Assembly (NCBI GenBank): GCA_964638575.1
Contig: CAZWYN010000001.1
Span: 1 to 48,519 of the forward strand
DNA from: an uncultured Pseudomonadales bacterium
Lineage (GTDB): Bacteria; Patescibacteriota; Microgenomatia; UBA1400; MFAQ01
DNA: 48,519 nucleotides
Direction: 5' to 3'
The position numbers and the translations under genes were made by a program. Shown here piece after piece: positions 7,152 through 15,278 of the stretch. Each line of letters begins with the position of its first letter. Positions within the stretch are counted from its first letter, which is position 1. Below the pieces are notes generated by a model that was not told where the DNA came from, searched no databases, and saw only the letters and a program-made list of their open reading frames with translations.

Positions 7152-8525
7152 TCAATCTCTCCACCATTTTTTTGATGTTCGTCCAAAGATGAATAATATA
7201 ATTCCCAGTATTCCCATTAAAATAGTAAAGTCCAACGCTCCGGTTTCCTCTAATGTTCCCGAACTGGTTGCCGGCATACTTGGTTCCTTAGTTGGTGTAG
7301 CCGACACGGTTCCTGTCGGTGAAATAGGTGAAACGGTAATCGTCGCTGAAGGTGTTGCTGTAAATGCCGGCAAACCCGCCGTACTATCTGACGCCAAAAC
7401 GGTAAAAGTTCTGATTACCTTCTGAAATATATTATTTTCATCGGTATACTCCAGTGTCAGAGTGTGCACTCCAGGTTCTAAATCTTGAGGAGGAGTCCAC
7501 TTCCAAACGCCGTCTTTATCGGCCTTAATAATCTGTGTCAGTTCAATCGGAGAGTTTACTGTAACTCTAATGGTGGTTCCGGGGGTCGCTTTTCCCGCAA
7601 ACTCTGGTGAACTGGTGGCAATCATCTCCCCGTTTATTGCCGGATTCGTAATTATCATCGAACCAGCCGCCTCGGTTGCTTCTGGTGCTAGAACGGGAGC
7701 CGCTTCTTCGGTGATATTTTTAAAACCCCCACTTTTTATATCGGACTCGACCAAAGTTCCCGATCCTGTTGCCACAGTCGTCTCCACAAAACTTTGATTT
7801 TTTCCTAATACGATGTCGGGTACAGGTTTGGTTTTTTCGGTATTAGTAATCGCTGTTGCGGTTCCCGAGATGCCCGCCTGAACAAAAATTGAGACAAGTG
7901 ACGTCTTGGGATCATACGTCAAAACCGCTCCGTCTTTGTCTCGCGATAAGGCCAAGTTTAGTCTCCAAGATCCATTGTTTGTCATTGCCGACAGAGTCTC
8001 CCCGCCCTGAACCTCGACGTAAACAATCGCGTTGTTTACGGGACTGGAATCAGCCCCAATTACTTTTCCACTTATGACGTCTTCAGGAGGTGCAATCACT
8101 TGTTTCCCCGTTCGCACTTCAAAAGGTTTTCCGGAGTCATCGTATGTCTGAGATCCCGATCCAATCATAAAATAAATAGTCTTGTCCGGATTTAATCCAG
8201 TTACTTTTACATAATGATTGGTATACCCCTGAGAACTTCCTGATATTTGATCACGGATATCACCAGCAGGTGTCGTGATTTTGGTTGGATTCTCCGAGTA
8301 ACTTAGATATCCCGTCACCGGCGTATCAGTTGTCCAGCTGACAGTGAAAGTATTTGCTCCTCGATCGGATATCTTTACGTTTTTTGGAGCCTCTGTCGGC
8401 CCTGCTTTAGTCAAAATACCCTGACGGTTATTTACGAGAACCACACCCGCAACCAGACCTCCTAATAATATTAGGACCCCGAGGGCTGTTGGTATTTTCT
8501 TGGCCATCAGGCCTGTTTTATTCAC
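7152..8525 (-). CDS. Surface protein with FN3-like, carboxypeptidase-regulatory-like and Ig-like domains and a C-terminal LEETG sortase-type sorting signal
   Basis: The N-terminal anchor is MAKKIPTALGVLILLGGLVAGVVLV. PKNVKISDRGANTFTVSWTTDTPVTGYLSY is fibronectin-III-like. ISGKVIGADSSPVNNAIVYVEV resembles a CarboxypepD_reg domain. The tail LEETG-ALDFTILMGILGIILFIFG-RTSKKWWRD has the motif, hydrophobic stretch and basic end of a sorting signal. The track start at 8525 is a GTG; an ATG at 8507 is at least as likely. Confidence 0.6.
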   Translation of the reverse strand: MNKTGLMAKKIPTALGVLILLGGLVAGVVLVNNRQGILTKAGPTEAPKNVKISDRGANTFTVSWTTDTPVTGYLSYSENPTKITTPAGDIRDQISGSSQGYTNHYVKVTGLNPDKTIYFMIGSGSQTYDDSGKPFEVRTGKQVIAPPEDVISGKVIGADSSPVNNAIVYVEVQGGETLSAMTNNGSWRLNLALSRDKDGAVLTYDPKTSLVSIFVQAGISGTATAITNTEKTKPVPDIVLGKNQSFVETTVATGSGTLVESDIKSGGFKNITEEAAPVLAPEATEAAGSMIITNPAINGEMIATSSPEFAGKATPGTTIRVTVNSPIELTQIIKADKDGVWKWTPPQDLEPGVHTLTLEYTDENNIFQKVIRTFTVLASDSTAGLPAFTATPSATITVSPISPTGTVSATPTKEPSMPATSSGTLEETGALDFTILMGILGIILFIFGRTSKKWWRD

Positions 8526-8844
8526 TTATTTGTATTTGTGTAGTTGCCGAACCGGTAGACTCCGGTATCACTGGCTCAACTGTCTCGGTTATTTCAGGTG
8601 TTGGGGTAGTAATCAATAGTAACCCCATCTCGGCTTCGGTATACACAGTTCTCCTTTCGAGATTATCAATTACTGTTTGGTTGATTGCACCATCTAAAGA
8701 TTTAATAGCTTTTGCTTGCTGTGTTGTCGTCTGGCTTTTTGTCGAGGCAGAGTAGATCTGGTAAGCCACTATTCCTCCCACAATAGACAGCCCCATCACT
8801 CCTACCAATAATATATAAGAAGATAGTGTTCTGGTTGTTTTCAT
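8518..8844 (-). CDS. Small bitopic membrane protein, function unknown (occupies the position after pilO)
   Basis: 108 aa with one N-terminal TM segment (LSSYILLVGVMGLSIVGGIVAY). Its ATG overlaps the pilO-like stop (ATGA at 8841-8844). Confidence 0.45.
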   Translation of the reverse strand: MKTTRTLSSYILLVGVMGLSIVGGIVAYQIYSASTKSQTTTQQAKAIKSLDGAINQTVIDNLERRTVYTEAEMGLLLITTPTPEITETVEPVIPESTGSATTQIQISE

Positions 8845-9500
8845 TGTTTGTCGGTATAGAAGTAAAAGGTCATTTGACCCGTAGCATTAAGTGAATCTTC
8901 CGCCCTAGTCAAACCAATTTGTTTGGTAAGAGAGACGCTATTAAGTAAAACCAACCTATCCATATTTTCAATATCTTTAAGAAAAATAATCACATCTTGT
9001 GGTTTCCCTCTTACAGAAAACGTTAACTGGTTAGACAAAACATTTGCACTCGGCTTAATTAATTTTGTAGTCAATTCACCCCCAGTTTTTTCTTCACCAA
9101 GAAGAGAAATTCCTGGAAAAACCAACGAATCAAGAATCAAATTATTCTTTTTTGCCACATATTCTAATCTAAGGGAACTATCGACATAGGAAAAGTAGTC
9201 CGGAACAGCCTCGTCAAAAAGTTTCAACTTGCCCCTGAACGTATTTAGTTGATTCTGTGCATTTAAAAGTTGGACAATTTTGTTGTCGGCTTTTTTATTA
9301 ATTACTTCCTGGTCTTCAATTTTTTTCTGTAGAGAGACAATATTAGTAAGTGTTGGCCTTATAGCAGCAAATATCAATATAGTTATGGTAAATACCGATA
9401 AAATTACCTCCAAAGATGCTCGGATCTCCGGACGTTTATACATCAAACTAACTTTTTGAAAGTAAAGAGAGTATTTTTCGTTGTTTAGTATGCTCGCCAT
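8841..9500 (-). CDS. pilO: PilO-like type IV pilus alignment-complex protein
   Basis: It has a short cytoplasmic N-terminus, one TM segment (LEVILSVFTITILIFAAIRP), a coiled coil (LQKKIEDQEVINKKADNKIVQLLNAQNQL) and a C-terminal ferredoxin-like part (TFSVRGKPQDVIIFLKDIENMDRLVLLNSVSL). Its start overlaps the stop of the PilN-like gene by 1 nt. Confidence 0.6.
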   Translation of the reverse strand: MASILNNEKYSLYFQKVSLMYKRPEIRASLEVILSVFTITILIFAAIRPTLTNIVSLQKKIEDQEVINKKADNKIVQLLNAQNQLNTFRGKLKLFDEAVPDYFSYVDSSLRLEYVAKKNNLILDSLVFPGISLLGEEKTGGELTTKLIKPSANVLSNQLTFSVRGKPQDVIIFLKDIENMDRLVLLNSVSLTKQIGLTRAEDSLNATGQMTFYFYTDKQ

Positions 9501-10045
9501 TATTTAAAAGTAATTTGAACACCAAACTTTACCCCTCCAGTAGTTTGATCAAAGCTGGTTTCTTTCATAGTAATTGTTGCCACCCCAGGCATTCTCTTTA
9601 CTCCGCTAATAAACTGGGCAAATCCGTACTCTGATTGTGCTTTTCCGACAACCATTAAACCGTTTTTATCAAGAGATAGGCTGTCAAGGGAAGTTCCCAC
9701 GGGTAAAATCTGTGTCAGCCCATCAATTTTTGATGCAAAAACAAGACCGCTTCTTTGTGAAGTCTCCACGGGAAGCTGTTTGGCCAAAACTTTTCGCATC
9801 TCTACTTCCACTTCGGCATAAGCCGCAATCTGAGCTTCTTTTTGTACCAAAACTTCCCCTAAATCGTCAAGTTTTTTGTCAAAATAAAACCGGGATGCGA
9901 ATGCTAACAACACCACAAACTCGGTCAAGACTACCAAAACCCTGCCTGCTGTTGTAATCCACTTTAAAATTTTCCCTGCGGTAGAGAACTCGAAACTATC
10001 CTTTGGCAATAAGTTAATACTAGAAACACTATGAGCAGTAGCCAC
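9500..10045 (-). CDS. pilN: PilN-like type IV pilus alignment-complex protein
   Basis: The N-terminal SSINLLPKD matches the conserved PilN INLLP peptide. One TM segment (VLVVLTEFVVLLAFASRFYF), a coiled coil and a small alpha/beta domain follow. The start codon is GTG. Confidence 0.65.
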   Translation of the reverse strand: MATAHSVSSINLLPKDSFEFSTAGKILKWITTAGRVLVVLTEFVVLLAFASRFYFDKKLDDLGEVLVQKEAQIAAYAEVEVEMRKVLAKQLPVETSQRSGLVFASKIDGLTQILPVGTSLDSLSLDKNGLMVVGKAQSEYGFAQFISGVKRMPGVATITMKETSFDQTTGGVKFGVQITFK

Positions 10046-10067
10046 ACCTTCAGTGTACCAAAAATCC

Positions 10068-10310
10068 TTACTTTTTGGGGGAGATTTTTTTGGACAAACG
10101 AGCCTTTATTCTGTCGGCCTTACCTTTTTTCAAAACACCTTTTTTTGCGGCTTTGTCTACCATTGAGAAAGCAACAGACAGTGTTTCGACGGAGAGAACT
10201 TTCTTAAATGTGTCGATGGCCGACTTAGCCTTAGTCTTAGTAGCTTTGTTAAATCCGGCTTTTTTTACGTCGGATCTGAGTTTTTTTATTGCTGATTTTG
10301 TTATTGGCAT
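10068..10310 (-). CDS. rpsT: 30S ribosomal protein S20
   Basis: MPITKSAIKKLRSDVKKAGFNKATKTKAKSAIDTFKK... is an 80-aa, very basic protein with the typical S20 N-terminus. Confidence 0.9.
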   Translation of the reverse strand: MPITKSAIKKLRSDVKKAGFNKATKTKAKSAIDTFKKVLSVETLSVAFSMVDKAAKKGVLKKGKADRIKARLSKKISPKK

Positions 10311-10316
10311 GCGCTA

Positions 10317-10344
10317 ATTTTACCACGAGCTCCACCTAGCGCAA
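10317..10344 (-). promoter_or_regulatory. Candidate sigma70-type promoter of rpsT (-35 TTGCGC, 16-nt spacer, extended -10 TGgTAAAAT) placed for a leaderless transcript
   Basis: On the minus strand the sequence reads ...cTTGCGCtaggtggagctcgTGgTAAAATtagcgcATG. Only 6 nt separate the -10 hexamer from the ATG. Confidence 0.45.
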
Positions 10345-10372
10345 GTGAGGCTCATGAATTAAAATAACGACA

Positions 10373-12019
10373 GTGGTTCAAAAACTGTTAACTAAGTCAC
10401 AAGCAATACTAAATCGCAAGAGTTCGAGTATTCTTTCGGCTGCTACTATCATTGCTGCTTCCTTTCTCCTGTCAGCCTTTTTGGGGCTGATCAGGAATCG
10501 CTTACTTGCCGCCAGATTTTTTGGTGGTCTCGAAGGGGATCTGGACGTTTACTTTGCCGCCTTCATTATCCCGGACACTATTTTTCAACTTTTGGTAGTT
10601 GGTGCTGTTTCGGCCGCCTTCATCCCCATTTACCAAGGCTATCTTAAAAAATCGGTCAAGAAAGCCAATTTTATGGCCAATGTTTCCCTCACTCTTGTTA
10701 CCACCACTCTTCTTGTTTTATCCATCATCATTGCCATTTTTGCTCGCCCGTTTTCTCAAGCGCTTTCGCATTACACCGGTTCACAGCTCGATTTAATGGT
10801 GAATCTAATCCGACTTATGTCGATTGCCCAGATATTTTTTTCGATTTCCTCTTTTCTAACAGGTATTCTTCAGGCCCACCGCCGTTTTTTAATACCCGCC
10901 ATTGCTCCGCTTTTTTATAATCTCGGCACGATTCTCGGAATTCTGATTCTGACCCCCTACATTGGCATTTACGCCGCCGCCGTTGGTGTCATTTTTGGTT
11001 CCATTCTCCACGTTATCATTCAGCTACCCGCCGCAATTCATACCGGTTATACTCTCAAATTCCGCCTTCGGTTTAATCACAAGGGTGTTCGCCGGATGCT
11101 TCGTCTTATGCCGCCTCGCTCTTTTTCTCTTGCTCTCGTTCAAGTTGAGCGTATTGTTTCTTTAAATATTGCCTCCGCCTTACCCGCCGGATCATTTACT
11201 ATTTTCAACTTCGCTCGTCAGGTTTATGTTCTCCCCATCACTCTTTTTGGTGTTTCACTGGGACAGGCATCCTTCCCGACCTTAGCTGAAGAAGCACTCA
11301 GCAAGGATAAAACTAAGTTTGCCGACACTCTCGGAAAAACAATTTTGCAGATTTTTTTCTTCTGTCTTCCGGCCGCCATCCTCATTCTTATCTTAAGGAT
11401 CCCCATCGTCCGTATTATTTTTGGTGCCAGAAATTTTCCTTGGGAAGCAACTCTCCTGACCGGTAAAGCTCTTGCTATTTTTTCCCTTTCTATCGCCCCC
11501 CAAGCTGCAGTTCAGCTACTCACTCGTGCTTTCTACGCCCAAAAAAATACTCGCACTCCTCTCATCATCAACATCGCCACCTTGATACTTTTTATCCTCA
11601 CTTCCTATCTTTTTACCCACACTTTTTCTTGGGGAATTTTAGGCCTGAGCACCGCAATGAGTCTTAGTAACGCTCTCAACTTTTTGGTACTTTATCTTAC
11701 GATTAGTGCCACCCTACCTAGTCTTGGAATTACCATGGAAATTATTAAAATGCTTTTTGTCAGCGTCCTTACCTCCTTTGCTCTCTGGATACCCATGAGG
11801 CTTCTCGATCAATTTGTTTTTGACACCACTCGTACCGTGCCACTTCTCATTCTTACGGCAATCGTCAGCCTTATTGGCCTTATCGTTTATTTTGGACTTG
11901 CCAATCTTCTCAAGGTTAAACAGTACGCCGATGTTAAAAGACTCTTTGTTAAGCTCGGCAACTGGCGTCAGGTGCTCGGAGAAACCGACGAGGTTATCGA
12001 GACACCGATTGTCGGCTAA
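10373..12019 (+). CDS. murJ: Lipid II flippase MurJ (MviN family)
   Basis: 548 aa and polytopic. The N-terminus SILSAATIIAASFLLSAFLGLIRNRLLAARFFGG and the later FYAQKNTRTP motif are typical of MurJ/MviN. The start codon is GTG. Confidence 0.85.
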   Translation: MVQKLLTKSQAILNRKSSSILSAATIIAASFLLSAFLGLIRNRLLAARFFGGLEGDLDVYFAAFIIPDTIFQLLVVGAVSAAFIPIYQGYLKKSVKKANFMANVSLTLVTTTLLVLSIIIAIFARPFSQALSHYTGSQLDLMVNLIRLMSIAQIFFSISSFLTGILQAHRRFLIPAIAPLFYNLGTILGILILTPYIGIYAAAVGVIFGSILHVIIQLPAAIHTGYTLKFRLRFNHKGVRRMLRLMPPRSFSLALVQVERIVSLNIASALPAGSFTIFNFARQVYVLPITLFGVSLGQASFPTLAEEALSKDKTKFADTLGKTILQIFFFCLPAAILILILRIPIVRIIFGARNFPWEATLLTGKALAIFSLSIAPQAAVQLLTRAFYAQKNTRTPLIINIATLILFILTSYLFTHTFSWGILGLSTAMSLSNALNFLVLYLTISATLPSLGITMEIIKMLFVSVLTSFALWIPMRLLDQFVFDTTRTVPLLILTAIVSLIGLIVYFGLANLLKVKQYADVKRLFVKLGNWRQVLGETDEVIETPIVG

Positions 12020-12025
12020 ACTTAC

Positions 12026-13795
12026 ATGGAAAACAAAATCAGAAACTTTTCGATTATCGCTCACATTGATGCTGGCAAGTCCACTCTGGCCGATCGTATG
12101 TTGGAAATCACCGGTACGGTCCGAAAAGACAAAATGACCCCACAACTTTTGGATAGTAATCCTATCGAACGTGAAAGAGGAATCACCATCAAGCTTGCCC
12201 CCGTCACCATGAACTACCATGGACACACCCTAAATCTTATCGACACCCCTGGTCATGTGGATTTCAACTACGAGGTTGAACGCGCACTGGAAGCTTGCGA
12301 CGGTGCCGTTCTTCTTGTCGACGCCACTAAGGGTGTCCAGGCACAGACGGTCGCGAATCTCAGGCTTGCTCGGAATTTCGGCCTTACCATCATCCCTGTC
12401 ATCAACAAAATTGATGCCCCCCTTGCTGACGTTTCTGCCGCCACGAGGCAGATTAAACAACTTCTTAACATTTCTTCCGAACCCTTTTTTATCTCTGCCA
12501 AAACCGGCGAGGGAGTTGCTGACCTTCTCGACAAAATAATCTCCGACTTGCCCTCTCCCAAAATCGAAGACAAACCACTACAAGCCCTCGTTTTTAACTC
12601 TGTTTTTGACACTCACCTTGGCGTTATTGCCTTTGTCCGCGTTATTACCGGGGATCTGCACACCGGTGACAAGCTGGAGTTTCTCAACTCCGGCCAAGTT
12701 TTAACTGCTTCAGAAATTGGTGTTTTTAATCCCAAACGTGAGGGAAAAAAAGTCATCACAGCCGGCAACGTCGGCTACATCATCACCGGACTCAAAGATA
12801 TCCACCGCATTTTAGTAGGAGATACTCTCTGTCTTGCCATCCAAAGTAAAGAAGTTACTCCTTTGCCGGGATTTCGCAAAATTCACCCCAATGTTTTCTT
12901 GGATATGTATCCGGCTGATGGTTCTCAGTATCGCGATCTTGTCGAAGCCCTGGAAAAACTCAAGCTCAACGACTCTGCCCTAACCACACAGGGGATTAAC
13001 TCTCCCATTCTTGGTCAGGGTGTAAAAGTGGGTTTCTTGGGGCTACTTCACTCCGAGGTTGTTGGGGAACGTTTGGAGCGAGAGTTTGGCCTTCCCGTTA
13101 TCGCCGTTTCTCCCTCCGTTGAGTACAAGGTTAAGCTCAGAAATGGCTCTGAAAAAATCTTTAGCTCAGCCAGTGATTTTCCGGATCCGGCTATCATTGC
13201 CCAAGGTTTCGAACCCATGGCGACAGTCAAGATTGTTGTTACCGATAAATATGTTGGTGCTGTCATGCAACTTTGTCAGGATCTCCGTGGCAATCTGGTG
13301 AATGTTTCATATCTTGACCAGCTTGTCGAAATCGATTACCTGCTTCCGCTTATTGAAGTAATCACAGCTCTTCACGACAGTCTCAAAAGTGTTTCCCAGG
13401 GGTTTGCTTCTCTTGACTATGAACTTGCCGGTTGGCACGAAGCCGAACTGGTTCGTCTTGACGTTCTCCTCAACCATGAAGTCTTTACCCCAATGAGTAT
13501 CATCACCGTCAAAGAAAAGTCGTCATTTAAAGCCAAAGCTATCGCCGAAAAACTAAAAGAAGCCATCCCTCGTCAACAATTTGAAATTCCCATTCAGGTT
13601 GCCATTGGTGGCCAGATTATAGCCAGAGAAACAATCACTGCCTACAGAAAAGATGTCGACGCCAAGCTCCACGGAGGCGACTTTACCAGAAATCTCAAAC
13701 TTCTCCAAAAACAGAAAAAGGGTAAAGCCCGTATGAAACAATTTGGCAAAGTCCAGCTTCCCCAGTCAGCTTTCCTCGCTGTGGTCAAAGCTTAA
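12026..13795 (+). CDS. lepA: Elongation factor 4 (LepA)
   Basis: IRNFSIIAHIDAGKSTLADRMLE, LIDTPGHVDF and NKID are the G-domain motifs. The LepA-specific C-terminus is ...YRKDVDAKLHGGDFTRNLKLLQKQKKGKARMKQFGKV. Confidence 0.95.
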   Translation: MENKIRNFSIIAHIDAGKSTLADRMLEITGTVRKDKMTPQLLDSNPIERERGITIKLAPVTMNYHGHTLNLIDTPGHVDFNYEVERALEACDGAVLLVDATKGVQAQTVANLRLARNFGLTIIPVINKIDAPLADVSAATRQIKQLLNISSEPFFISAKTGEGVADLLDKIISDLPSPKIEDKPLQALVFNSVFDTHLGVIAFVRVITGDLHTGDKLEFLNSGQVLTASEIGVFNPKREGKKVITAGNVGYIITGLKDIHRILVGDTLCLAIQSKEVTPLPGFRKIHPNVFLDMYPADGSQYRDLVEALEKLKLNDSALTTQGINSPILGQGVKVGFLGLLHSEVVGERLEREFGLPVIAVSPSVEYKVKLRNGSEKIFSSASDFPDPAIIAQGFEPMATVKIVVTDKYVGAVMQLCQDLRGNLVNVSYLDQLVEIDYLLPLIEVITALHDSLKSVSQGFASLDYELAGWHEAELVRLDVLLNHEVFTPMSIITVKEKSSFKAKAIAEKLKEAIPRQQFEIPIQVAIGGQIIARETITAYRKDVDAKLHGGDFTRNLKLLQKQKKGKARMKQFGKVQLPQSAFLAVVKA

Positions 13796-15183
13796 AAATC
13801 TATCGTAAAAATCGCGGCCGAGTTCGGTTCAAAATACTCACTTGTTTCCCAGATTGCGCTTGATGTTGCAACATTTAGTGTCCTACTTTTTCCCATAAAA
13901 TTTTGGCGGGTAATTGTAAACTCACCCTTAGGTAAATTTTCTAATGTCATTGGTACAGCCTCCACATGAGACCCCTTTGGGTCATAGTTGGCCACTAAAA
14001 TCTTGATATCACCATCATCGTTTGTCGTTGCTAAACTTTTTACCCACGATCCTTCTCCTGAAACACTAAGTCTATATGGATAAAGCCCGTTTATAAACTC
14101 AATTGCTTTGTATCTGGGCTTCTTTTCGGGAACGCCGTATTTTTCGTGAGTCAATAATCCCCACCTTCCCCAATATTTTTCCGCCCCCGGCCCGTCCTTA
14201 ATCTCAAAGACAAAAGCTCGATCAACTGCACCCACCATGATTCTTGAAGAGGCTAGAAAATGGATCGCACCGCTTCTTTCGTCATACCCCTTGTTATTTT
14301 CACTATCAAAACCCCACTCGGTCACATAAAACTTCAGATTAACTAGCGCCGGAATATTTTCTGCCCAAGATCTGGCGGACTGAACATCTTTTTCAAACTG
14401 TTCAAGGTCGGTTGTGTACTTATGCCAGCTAATAAAATCCATCCTTAAACTGTTTGCATCCACGAATTTGATTAGTTTCTCAAGCCAGTTTTGATAGAGA
14501 CCAGTTGTGGCAGGACCTCCAATTTCAAACAGATTTGTTCCTCGCACGTTCGCTGCCGCCCTGGCCGAAGCCGCATACATATCCAGATAATTTTTATCTC
14601 CGTATGTTTTATATCCGCCAAACAAATCCGGTTCATTCCAAACTTCATAGATTACCCCGTCAATATTTTTTTCATTTACTCCGCTATAGTGTTGAATCGT
14701 TGCGCCTACAACCTGACCCCACTCGTTCCAGTCTTTAGCCGGCGAAACCATGTCATCCTTGGCGATAACCTCAGGCATATAAGACAGCGATAAAAAAGGT
14801 TTGGCTCCGGTAGCCATGATTGAAGCTACGGCGCCGTCGAGACGGCTCCAGTCATATACCAGTTGGCCGCCATTTCTCGACACTACTTTATATGCATCAT
14901 ATATGTGGTCTATCCGGACATACTCCGGTTTCAAAGCACGCACCTCCGGAATTACACCGGCAATCATGTCTTTAGCTTCTTCTCCGCCCTGTGCCAGATT
15001 TCTCCAGGGTATAGGCATTTTCCCCAAGACTCCCTCGATATTGAAAACCAGGTTCGCTGGTTGCCCCGAGGCCTTACCAACGAGCTTCACCGCATTTGGA
15101 ATCGCCACCACCACTATGATAATTACCAAGAGTCCTAAGATTACTGGCGTCAACCCCCTCAGGATCTCTCTTTTTATAGCCAT
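13792..15183 (-). CDS. Membrane-anchored (beta/alpha)8 glycoside hydrolase, clan GH-A (GH39/GH5-like)
   Basis: There is an N-terminal TM segment (LTPVILGLLVIIIVVVAI). YEVWNEPD is an acid/base NEP motif and YVTEWGF is a nucleophile-Glu motif. Its stop overlaps the lepA stop within TTAA (13792-13795). Confidence 0.6.
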   Translation of the reverse strand: MAIKREILRGLTPVILGLLVIIIVVVAIPNAVKLVGKASGQPANLVFNIEGVLGKMPIPWRNLAQGGEEAKDMIAGVIPEVRALKPEYVRIDHIYDAYKVVSRNGGQLVYDWSRLDGAVASIMATGAKPFLSLSYMPEVIAKDDMVSPAKDWNEWGQVVGATIQHYSGVNEKNIDGVIYEVWNEPDLFGGYKTYGDKNYLDMYAASARAAANVRGTNLFEIGGPATTGLYQNWLEKLIKFVDANSLRMDFISWHKYTTDLEQFEKDVQSARSWAENIPALVNLKFYVTEWGFDSENNKGYDERSGAIHFLASSRIMVGAVDRAFVFEIKDGPGAEKYWGRWGLLTHEKYGVPEKKPRYKAIEFINGLYPYRLSVSGEGSWVKSLATTNDDGDIKILVANYDPKGSHVEAVPMTLENLPKGEFTITRQNFMGKSRTLNVATSSAIWETSEYFEPNSAAIFTIDF

Positions 15184-15210
15184 GAATTAACTTTACACCA
15201 CATAAGCGAC

Positions 15211-15240
15211 TTGACTCCCCATTATCACTCATGTTATATT
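15211..15240 (+). promoter_or_regulatory. Candidate promoter of the hrcA-grpE-dnaK-dnaJ operon (-35 TTGACT, 18-nt spacer, -10 TATATT)
   Basis: TTGACT is at 15211-15216 and TATATT at 15235-15240, preceded by tgt. This is the only sizeable gap upstream of hrcA. Confidence 0.5.
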
Positions 15241-15245
15241 ACTGC

Positions 15246-15272
15246 TAATCACTGTCTTAGTGAGAGTGATAA
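15246..15272 (+). promoter_or_regulatory. CIRCE-like inverted repeat (HrcA operator): TAATCACTG-N9-GAGTGATAA
   Basis: The consensus is TTAGCACTC-N9-GAGTGCTAA. The left half matches 6/9 and the right half 8/9, with an exact 9-nt spacer. The element lies between the predicted -10 and the hrcA ATG (15279). An extra half-site TTATCACTC sits at 15222-15230. Confidence 0.6.
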
Positions 15273-15278
15273 AAAAAT

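Noticed and set aside
5812-7425. A dense set of alternative-frame and antisense ORFs in the track (e.g. 5812..6165, 5918..6238, 6021..6404, 6303..6506, 6578..6859, 6820..7425).
   Set aside because: They lie inside or across the 622-aa surface-protein gene, in low-complexity Thr/Pro/Cys-coding DNA where stop codons are rare in several frames. Their translations are compositionally odd (Arg/Cys/Trp-rich) and none has start signals. The long minus-strand frame has coherent signal-anchor and domain structure.
3827-8525. Diversity-generating retroelement targeting the surface proteins (DGRs are known in reduced-genome lineages).
   Set aside because: There is no reverse-transcriptase ORF. I saw no non-coding template repeat matching a C-terminal variable region, and the intergenic gaps are too short to hold one.
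10311-10342. Inverted repeat GCGCTA...TAGCGC (6-nt arms, 20-nt spacer) in the rpsT-murJ divergent region as a possible operator.
   Set aside because: The arms are short and simply overlap the predicted rpsT -10/-35 elements. There is no supporting second site.
11714-12226. 170-aa minus-strand ORF spanning the murJ-lepA junction.
   Set aside because: It overlaps two well-supported conserved genes on the other strand, and its sequence shows no family features.
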